Shown here piece after piece: positions 9,916-16,804 of a DNA stretch of 38,024 nt; within the stretch, counting starts at the first letter, position 1, and every line of letters starts with the position of its first letter. The DNA is from Chthoniobacteraceae bacterium (lineage in GTDB: Bacteria > Verrucomicrobiota > Verrucomicrobiia > Chthoniobacterales > Chthoniobacteraceae), in contig JANNXQ010000175.1 in the NCBI GenBank assembly GCA_031409655.1, positions 1 to 38,024 on the forward strand, written 5' to 3'. The notes beneath the pieces were generated by a model that did no database searches, had not been told where the DNA came from, and saw nothing but the letters and a program-made list of their open reading frames with translations. The translations under genes and the position numbers were made by a program.

Positions 9916-11013
9916 GTGAACCGCAAGACCCTCTTTACCGCCGCGCAAATCCTCGTCACCCTGGCGCTGCTTTGGTTCGTCTTCCGCGATCCGGCGAAGC
10001 GCGCGGAAATGCTCGCCACCTTCCGCGGGGCCAATCCGTGGTGGCTGTTCGCTGGCATGGCGATCTACGGACTCGTGGAATTGCTGGCCGGCTGGCGCTG
10101 GGTGCTGCTCCTGCGCGTGCAAGGGGTGAACCTCACCGTGGCGCGCACTTTCTCCCTGCTGCTCATTGGTCTGTTCTTTAATTTCTTCATCCCCGGCGGC
10201 ACCGGCGGCGACGTGGTGAAAATCTACTATCTGCTCAAGGAAACGCCCGGGCAGCGCACCGCCGCGCTCCTTTCCGTGCTCATGGATCGGATGATTGGCC
10301 TCATCGCGCTCATCGTGCTCGCGCTGGGCATCATTCTCGTGCATTGGGATTGGCTGATGTCCACCCCGACCACCGCGCAGGGCGTCTGGACGACCCTGAT
10401 CATCCTCGGTGCGAGTGTCTCGGGTATGGCCTTCACTTTCACCATCACCGGCTTCGGGCTCGTGCATCGGCTCCCCGCGAAGTTTCCGATGCGCGACCGC
10501 CTCGCCGAGATCGCGCTGGCCTACAATCTTTACGGTCGCGCCTGGCGGCAATCCCTGGTCGCCTTCGTCCTCTCCTTCGTGGCGCACATTGGTTACTTCG
10601 CCGTCTTCTACTGTGCCGCCGCCGCTCTCCGCGCCGATGGCGTGCGCATCCCGACGCTCGTCGAACTCACCGCCATCATGCCCGTCGTCAATACGATCGC
10701 CGCGATGCCGATCAGCCTTGGCGGGCTGGGCGTTCGCGAAGGTCTCTTCCAGGTTTTCCTCGGGCAACTCTGCGGCGTCAGCGAAGCCGTCGCCGTGGTC
10801 ATTTCCTCCACCGGCTATCTGCTGACCCTCGTCTGGGGCGTCGTCGGCGGGGTGGTCTATCTGCTCTACCGACCCACCGAGCACGCCCGCCTCCGGGAAA
10901 TCCGCGCGGCGGTGGCGAAGGCGGAACACGCGGTCGCCGAAGAGGAAATCGCGCTCGAGTCCGAGGCCGCGAAAACATCGAACGTCGAACGTCGAACCTC
11001 GAACGTCGAATGA
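9916..11013 (+). CDS. lysylphosphatidylglycerol-synthase TM / flippase-like membrane protein (UPF0104-like)
   Basis: Multiple TM helices; RW..LL; GLFFNFFIPGGTGGDVVK; DRMIGL; PISLGGLGVRE. GTG start. The C-terminal tail is encoded by heptamer repeats. Confidence 0.88.
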   Translation: MNRKTLFTAAQILVTLALLWFVFRDPAKRAEMLATFRGANPWWLFAGMAIYGLVELLAGWRWVLLLRVQGVNLTVARTFSLLLIGLFFNFFIPGGTGGDVVKIYYLLKETPGQRTAALLSVLMDRMIGLIALIVLALGIILVHWDWLMSTPTTAQGVWTTLIILGASVSGMAFTFTITGFGLVHRLPAKFPMRDRLAEIALAYNLYGRAWRQSLVAFVLSFVAHIGYFAVFYCAAAALRADGVRIPTLVELTAIMPVVNTIAAMPISLGGLGVREGLFQVFLGQLCGVSEAVAVVISSTGYLLTLVWGVVGGVVYLLYRPTEHARLREIRAAVAKAEHAVAEEEIALESEAAKTSNVERRTSNVE

Positions 11014-11081
11014 ACGTCGGGACGTTCCCGACGGCACGTTTGTGCGTTCGATGTTCGACCTTCGACGTTCGACGTTCGATG
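10974..11081. repeat. inverted pair of AACGTCG-type heptamer arrays
   Basis: Five AAC[AGC]TCG units (10974-11008) face CGA[TC][GC]TT-type units (11045-11081), with an inner hairpin CGTCGGGA..TCCCGACG. The right arm resumes at 11242 after an insertion. Confidence 0.88.
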
Positions 11082-11241
11082 CGTGCCTATCCGGTTCGTA
11101 GCCAAGTGGCGGGGGAGTTGGACAGGATTATCAAGATTGGCAGGATTCACGGGATTCCCTCTGTCGAAATCCTGGAATCCTCTGAATCCTGTGAATCCTG
11201 TCTCCATTTCTGGAAGCTTGGGAACAAAGCGGATAGGCATG
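11082..11241. mobile_element. 160-bp MITE-like element with 25-bp TIRs and 8-bp TSD, inserted in a heptamer array
   Basis: CGTGCCTATCCGGTTCGTAGCCAAG (11082-11106) matches the reverse complement of 11217-11241 (CATGCCTATCCGCTTTGTTCCCAAG) at 20/25. GTTCGATG is duplicated at 11074-11081 and 11242-11249. Confidence 0.75.
11121..11202. repeat. inverted pair of 9-mer arrays (ACAGGATTn / AATCCTGTn) nested in the MITE
   Basis: Four CAGGATT-like units face four AATCCT[GC]-like units. GACAGGATT (11121-11129) pairs with AATCCTGTC (11194-11202). Confidence 0.85.
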
Positions 11242-11269
11242 GTTCGATGTTCGCCTTTCATCCGTGAAA

Positions 11270-11950
11270 ATGACGCGCCCCTTCGTCACCGCCAATTTCG
11301 CCCTCACCTGGGACGCCCGCATCTCTACCCGCCGCCGCACCCCCTCCGACTTCTCCTCTCCGCGAGACAAGCGCCGCCTCCTCGAAATCCGCGCCGACTG
11401 CGCCGCCATCCTCGTCAGCGCCGCGACTCTCGCCGCCGACAATATGTCCATGGGCCTGCCCGCGCCCGACCTCCGGACGAAACGAAAAGCCCGCCGGCAG
11501 CCAGAGTATCCGTTGCGCGTCGTGGTCTCAAAATCCGGGCGGATCGATCCCCGGCTGCGCATCTTTGAGCAGACCTTTTCCCCGATCATCATCTTCGCCA
11601 CCACGCGGATGCCGGCAAAGACGCGCACCGCACTCGCGGCAAAAGCCGACCTCTGGCTCTACGACGATGCCGTGGATTTTGCCGATCTCCTCGAGACCTT
11701 GCATCGTGAGTATCGGGTCAAACGTTTAGTCTGCGAAGGCGGCTCGCAGATCTTCCGGGCCTTGCTCGCCGCTGGTCTCATCGATGAACTCAACGTCACC
11801 CTTTGTCCGCGCCTCTTCGGCGGTGTGGCCGCGCCCACCCTCACTGGTCCCGCTGGAGACTTCCTTGCGCACGGGGTCCCGCTCACTTTGAAGAAAATGG
11901 AGGTTCGCGATGGTGAGTGCTTCCTCCAGTATCGCGTGCGGGACCGCTAA
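11270..11950 (+). CDS. RibD C-terminal / DHFR-like reductase domain protein
   Basis: RPFVTANFALTWDARI, RA.C.AILV...TL..DN, P.RVVVS.SG, LVCEGG, GLIDELNVTLCP.LFGG. Alternative GTG start at 11264. Confidence 0.88.
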   Translation: MTRPFVTANFALTWDARISTRRRTPSDFSSPRDKRRLLEIRADCAAILVSAATLAADNMSMGLPAPDLRTKRKARRQPEYPLRVVVSKSGRIDPRLRIFEQTFSPIIIFATTRMPAKTRTALAAKADLWLYDDAVDFADLLETLHREYRVKRLVCEGGSQIFRALLAAGLIDELNVTLCPRLFGGVAAPTLTGPAGDFLAHGVPLTLKKMEVRDGECFLQYRVRDR

Positions 11951-11991
11951 TCCGATCAGGATCCCTCGACCATCAAACTTCTTCCCCGCCC

Positions 11992-12441
11992 CTGCACTCC
12001 ATCAGCACCATCCAGATGAACGTCCCGCGCGAACGCGTCTTCGCCGCGGTCCAGGATCTCGCGCGCTGGCCGGAACTGCTCCCGCACTATCGTTACATCC
12101 GCACGCTCGGCTCAGGCGAAAAGGGGAGCATCGTGGAAATGGCCGCCACTCGCTCCGGCATTCCGATTTCCTGGGTCTCCGAATATTGGACCGACCCGCG
12201 CGCCCTCACGCTCCATTTTCGCCACCTCCGTCGTTGGACCAAGGGCATGAAGGTCGTCTGGACGCTCACGCCGACGCGCGACGGCACCCGGGTCGAGATC
12301 GTCCACGATCTGCGTTTCCGGATGCCCGCGCTCGCATGGCTCGCGGAACCGATCATCGGCGGCTTTTTCATCGAACACATCGCGATGCAGACCCTCACGA
12401 CCTTCAAGACGCACTTGGAGAAAGTGAACAGTGACTCGTGA
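11992..12441 (+). CDS. SRPBCC / polyketide cyclase-aromatase (TcmN-like) protein
   Basis: P.ERVF...QDLARWPELLPHY, PISW.S, FRH...GM.V.W, GTRVEI.HD and a C-terminal helix (IAMQTLTTFK). Start uncertain (CTG 11992 or ATG 12016). Confidence 0.82.
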   Translation: MHSISTIQMNVPRERVFAAVQDLARWPELLPHYRYIRTLGSGEKGSIVEMAATRSGIPISWVSEYWTDPRALTLHFRHLRRWTKGMKVVWTLTPTRDGTRVEIVHDLRFRMPALAWLAEPIIGGFFIEHIAMQTLTTFKTHLEKVNSDS

Positions 12442-12499
12442 CTGGTGAATTAAAATGACGCTCCCCGACCATCCACCCATCACTGATCACCATTCACTT
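12422..12499. repeat. inverted pair of nGTGAnT-type heptamer arrays spanning the cyclase/KS junction
   Basis: AGTGAAC AGTGACT CGTGACT GGTGAAT faces ATCACTG ATCACCA TTCACTT. AAGTGAA (12422-12428) pairs with TTCACTT (12493-12499). Confidence 0.75.
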
Positions 12500-13741
12500 G
12501 GGCGCAGGCGGGTAGTCATCACCGGCCTCGGCCCGATCGCGTGTTGCGGCATCGGCAAGGCGGCATTTTGGTCCGCGATTCGCGAAGGGCGGAGCGGCAT
12601 CACCCGCGTCACGGGTTTCGATACGAGTGAATTCAAGGCGCGCAACGGGGGTGAAATTCGCGACTGGGATCCGACCGCATTCTTCCCGCCGCATCGCCTG
12701 AAGCGGCTCGATCGCTACGCGCAATTCAGCGTCGCCAGCGCCCTGCTCGCCCTCGAAGACGCCAAGCTCCCGTGGAGCAAAGAGCAGCCGCAGGCGCGGA
12801 CCGGCGTGAGTTTCGGCACCGCGCTCGGCGGCATCTCAGGCGCGGAAGCCGAGCACGCGCACTTTTTGAAAAAGGGCAACCGTGGGGTGAACCAGACCCT
12901 CGCGCTCCAAGTCTTTGGTGGAAGTGCACATTCAAATATTGCCATCGAGTGCGGCTTCCGCGGCCCCGGCACCACGAACTCCAACTCCTGCGCAAGCGGC
13001 GTCGTCTCCGTGGGCGAAGCGATGCGCTACATCCGCGATGGCATGGCCGATGTGATGATCGCCGGCGGCGCCGAAGCCCCGCTCGCGCCGCTGAGTTTCG
13101 GCGCCTTCGATTTCATCAAGACGATGTCCCGCTGGTCCGGCGAACCTGCCGCGATGGCCTGCCGCCCCTTCGACCTCGAGCGCGACGGTTTCGTCATGGG
13201 TGAAGGTGGCGCGTCTCTCGTGATCGAGGAATACGAGCACGCCATGGCCCGCGGCGCCCACCTTTACGCCGAAGTCCTCGGCTACGCTCTGAACAACGAA
13301 GCCTGGCACATGACCACACCGCTCCCGAGCGGTGAAAGCGTCATCCGCTGCATGGAAGACGCCCTCGCTGACGCCCGCATCGCGCCCGAGCAAATCGACT
13401 ACATCAACGCCCACGCCAGCGGCACCCAAGCCAACGAAGCCAACGAAGTCCGCTGCATCAAACACGTCTTCCGCGCGTGTGCCTCCATCCCGCCCACCAG
13501 CGGCACCAAACCTTTCACGGCCCACCCGCTCGGTGCCACGGGCGCGATGGAAACCGCCCTCTGCGCCCTCGCGCTCGAGGAAGGGTTCCTCCCGCCCACC
13601 TTGCACCACCGCACGCCCGACTCCGCCTGCGACATCGACATCGTCCCGAACGTCGGCCGCGAACAACCGCTGCATTACGTGCTCAACAACGCCTTCGGCT
13701 TCGGCGGGATCAATGCGTGTCTGGTACTCGGAAAGGTGTAG
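12455..13741 (+). CDS. beta-ketoacyl-ACP synthase (FabF / type II KS-alpha-like)
   Basis: RRVVITGLG; catalytic Cys (NSCASG); His motifs NAHASGT and AHPLGA; RPFD..RDGFVMGEG; NAFGFGGINA. Confidence 0.93.
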   Translation: MTLPDHPPITDHHSLGRRRVVITGLGPIACCGIGKAAFWSAIREGRSGITRVTGFDTSEFKARNGGEIRDWDPTAFFPPHRLKRLDRYAQFSVASALLALEDAKLPWSKEQPQARTGVSFGTALGGISGAEAEHAHFLKKGNRGVNQTLALQVFGGSAHSNIAIECGFRGPGTTNSNSCASGVVSVGEAMRYIRDGMADVMIAGGAEAPLAPLSFGAFDFIKTMSRWSGEPAAMACRPFDLERDGFVMGEGGASLVIEEYEHAMARGAHLYAEVLGYALNNEAWHMTTPLPSGESVIRCMEDALADARIAPEQIDYINAHASGTQANEANEVRCIKHVFRACASIPPTSGTKPFTAHPLGATGAMETALCALALEEGFLPPTLHHRTPDSACDIDIVPNVGREQPLHYVLNNAFGFGGINACLVLGKV

Positions 13742-13744
13742 AGA

Positions 13745-13808
13745 TCAAGGAGAAGGGGCGCCCTCGCCCCGAGTTGCTCATTGGGACGAGGGCGACCCAA
13801 CTCCTTGA
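13745..13808. repeat. REP doublet (REPIN-like), family 1
   Basis: TCAAGGAG...CTCCTTGA outer stem. The arm is GGAG plus the hairpin GGGGCG-CCCT-CGCCCC. The left arm is 28/29 identical to the copy at 25445. It lies just after the KS stop. Confidence 0.8.
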
Positions 13809-13908
13809 AGCGCCCACGTTTCAAAACTCGCACATTGTCATCCGCCGTGACGGAGCCGATCGCGAGAGCGAGAGCGTCGGTTTTTGGCAGGAGATTGCCA
13901 CCGTGCTC

Positions 13909-16785
13909 TTACGGAGCCTGGACGCGGAAGAAGGCGGCGCCTTCGGGGGTCGTGAATTGGAATTCGATCCGGCCCTGGCCATTGATCGTGGTCCCAGCGG
14001 AGGTGAAGGGGAAGGGCTGGAAGCTGTTGGCGACAAGGTTCGTGGACTTCTCGGGGCCGAGGGTGAGCGTGAATTGACTGCCGCCGGCGGCGCGCACGAG
14101 GAGCGGCACGTCGCTGTTCGCTGCCTGAATTTCCGCGGGGGTGAACAGGCCGGCTTCGGGGGCGCTTTCGTAGAATGTGTCCACGAGCGCGGGCTGGCTC
14201 ACCTCCCAGTCAAAGCCGAGCGCGGCCAGGGCGAGTTCCACGGCGTCGCTCAGCCCGTCCCCATCTTTGTCCACGTCGAAGCGGAGCCCGGTGCCGGTGA
14301 GCGTGATGTCGAAGGGATTCTCGTCCGGGTCGTCGCTGGCGATGCGCAGGGTCGTGCTGAAGTCGCCGCCGACTGCGGTGCCAAAGATGACGGTGAAGGT
14401 GGTCTGCTGTCCGCTGTTCAGCGCCAGGGCCATGCTGCTGGTATTGACCTGAAAGTTCCCCGCGTTTCCGCCGACCAGCACTGGAGCCGAGAGCGTGAGC
14501 TTGGATGCGCCAACATTTTTGATGGTGCAGGTTTTCGGCACAGTCGCGGAGTTAACCGCTGTTTCGAAAGCGACACTGCTGGAACCGTCAATGAGGTTTG
14601 TGCCGGCGGGCTGCTCGACGGCGATTTCGGCCGCTTGGAACGAACCCGCCCATTTTAGATCGCCGTTCGTCCGATCGTAATAGCAGATCGCGGGTGAACC
14701 ATTGGCCAGCAGCGCGAGCGAGTTGTACTCCCCAATCGCGCCGGCATTGTCCACCGTGTTCGGCGTGCCCCATGCGGTGCCGCTGGCATTGGTGGCACGC
14801 ACATATTTCAGGGCGGAGGAAGTTTCTTCGTAATAGCTGATTGCGGGGTTGCCATTGATGATCGCCAGCCACAGATACCCGCCAAGATTTCCATTATCGA
14901 CAACCACGCTACTCCAGGAAATGCCGTTGACGTCGGCCGCTCGTGCGAATTGCAGTCCGACCCCTTGGTAGGCGATGGCGGGGTTGCCATTCACAATCGC
15001 CAGCGAGGTTTCGCCGCCCACGTTGCCGACGCCGGCCGCGATGACTGGCGCGCCCCAAGTGCTGCCGTTAACGCTCGTGGCGCGCACGTATTTTAGATCG
15101 CCGTTCCCATTGTCATGGTAGCTGATGGCAGGGTTGCCGTTGACGATCGCCAGCGACGTCGACTGTCCCACATCGGCGCCGCCATCCACGGTGGCAGGCG
15201 TGCCCCAGGCGCTGCCGGTGGGGTCGGTGGAGCGCACATATTTCAGGTCGAAATTAGTGAAGTCGTAGTAACTGATGGCAGGGTTGCCGTTGACGATGGC
15301 CAGCGAGGCAAATTGCCCCAAGTCGCCGGTGCTATCGGCGGTGACTGGCTGGCCCCACGCGGTCCCGCTGGCATCAGTGGCGCGCACATATTTCAGGTCG
15401 CCGTTCGTCTTGTCATAGTAGGCGATGGCCGGGTTGCCGCTGACGAGGGCCAGCGAAGGGTTGAATCCGACATTGTCGGCACTGACCACGGTGATAATGG
15501 TCCACGTCCCAAAACCGTTCGGTGCACTGTTGCGGGCAAACTTCAGATCACCATTGCTGCTGTCGAGGTAACTAATCGCTGGGTTGCCGTTGACGATCGC
15601 TTGTGAGGTTTGCTCGCCCACATCGCCGGTGCTGTGCAGAATGGCGGGCGTGCCCCAGGCGCCGCTGCCGGTAGTGTTGGCGGCGCGGACAAATTTCAAG
15701 TCGCCGCGGGTGGCGTCGTGGTAGGCGATGGCCGGGCGGCCGGCGACGATGGCGAGCGCGGTGTATTCGCCCACGTCGCCGATGCTATCCACGATGTTGG
15801 GCAAGCCCCAGGCGGAGCCGGTCGCGTTGCTGGCACGGACGAATTTCAGATCCCCCGCGAGAATGTCCTGATAGCTGATGGCGGGGTTCCCGTTGACGAC
15901 GGCGAGCGACGCGAATTGTCCGACCGCACCCGCGGTGTCCACCGTGATGGGCGCGTTCCAATTGGCACCGGCGGTGTCGGTGGCGCGGATGAATTTGACG
16001 CCGGTGTTGGAGGCATCCCAGTAAGCGATGGCCGGGTTGCTCGCGACAATGGCCAGCGAGGTGTAGAAACCCACCAAGCCAGTGCTGTCGAGGGTGGACG
16101 ACCCCAGCCATTCGCCGCCGTTGACATCCGCGCCGCGCACGAACTTCAGATTATCGCCGGTGTTGTCGAAGTAGCTGATGGCAGGATAGCCGCCGACCGC
16201 GGCAAGCGAGGCGTAACGACCCACGTCGCCATCGCCGTCCACCGCGATCGGATCGCCCCAGGCATGGCCCGAGGGCTCGCTCGCCCGCACGTATTTCAAG
16301 TCCCCGCGAGTCTCGTCATAGTAGCTGATGGCCGGGTGTCCATTGATGATCTTGAGCGATGTGAATTTCCCAACGTCGCCGGCGGAGTCCACGCTGAATG
16401 GCGGCGTGGACCAGGCGCTGCCGCCGGCGTCGCTGGCGCGCACGTATTTCAGGTCGCCATTAGTGACATCGTAGTAACTGATGGCCGGGTGGCCATTGAC
16501 GACGGCGAGCGAAGTGTATTGGCCCACGTCAGCGGCGTTCGCCACGGTCAACACCGTCCAGGCGCCCGTGCCATCGGACGCGCTGTTCACGGCAAACTTC
16601 AAGTCACCGCTGCCGGCCTCGTAGTAACTGATAGCCGGGCTGCCCTGGACGAGCGCGATGGAGGTGTGCAAGCCGGAGGGGACGGCGCCGGCATCCACCG
16701 TCGTGGGGAAAAAGATTTCGGCGCGTGCGCCCACAGCTAGCGCGAACGAAACGAAGAGGTTTTTGAGGCAGTGGTGAGGCTTCAT
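13909..16785 (-). CDS. secreted protein: 14 ~50-aa repeats (two 7-bladed propellers), one Ig-like (choice-of-anchor D/ASH-like) domain and a conserved C-terminal domain (958 aa)
   Basis: Signal peptide ending GARA; 14 copies of SLA.VNG.PAISY.D...GDLK..RA; EIAVEQPAG...TIKN.G...IASDDPDENPF; D.DGDGLSD...AFFRV tail. Confidence 0.85.
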   Translation of the reverse strand: MKPHHCLKNLFVSFALAVGARAEIFFPTTVDAGAVPSGLHTSIALVQGSPAISYYEAGSGDLKFAVNSASDGTGAWTVLTVANAADVGQYTSLAVVNGHPAISYYDVTNGDLKYVRASDAGGSAWSTPPFSVDSAGDVGKFTSLKIINGHPAISYYDETRGDLKYVRASEPSGHAWGDPIAVDGDGDVGRYASLAAVGGYPAISYFDNTGDNLKFVRGADVNGGEWLGSSTLDSTGLVGFYTSLAIVASNPAIAYWDASNTGVKFIRATDTAGANWNAPITVDTAGAVGQFASLAVVNGNPAISYQDILAGDLKFVRASNATGSAWGLPNIVDSIGDVGEYTALAIVAGRPAIAYHDATRGDLKFVRAANTTGSGAWGTPAILHSTGDVGEQTSQAIVNGNPAISYLDSSNGDLKFARNSAPNGFGTWTIITVVSADNVGFNPSLALVSGNPAIAYYDKTNGDLKYVRATDASGTAWGQPVTADSTGDLGQFASLAIVNGNPAISYYDFTNFDLKYVRSTDPTGSAWGTPATVDGGADVGQSTSLAIVNGNPAISYHDNGNGDLKYVRATSVNGSTWGAPVIAAGVGNVGGETSLAIVNGNPAIAYQGVGLQFARAADVNGISWSSVVVDNGNLGGYLWLAIINGNPAISYYEETSSALKYVRATNASGTAWGTPNTVDNAGAIGEYNSLALLANGSPAICYYDRTNGDLKWAGSFQAAEIAVEQPAGTNLIDGSSSVAFETAVNSATVPKTCTIKNVGASKLTLSAPVLVGGNAGNFQVNTSSMALALNSGQQTTFTVIFGTAVGGDFSTTLRIASDDPDENPFDITLTGTGLRFDVDKDGDGLSDAVELALAALGFDWEVSQPALVDTFYESAPEAGLFTPAEIQAANSDVPLLVRAAGGSQFTLTLGPEKSTNLVANSFQPFPFTSAGTTINGQGRIEFQFTTPEGAAFFRVQAP

Positions 16786-16804
16786 AGGTGGAATGCGGGT
16801 GGTG

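Noticed and set aside
10974..11249. Repeat cluster as a CRISPR array
   Set aside because: Units are 7-9 bp, contiguous and inverted, with no unique spacers of regular length and no cas genes.
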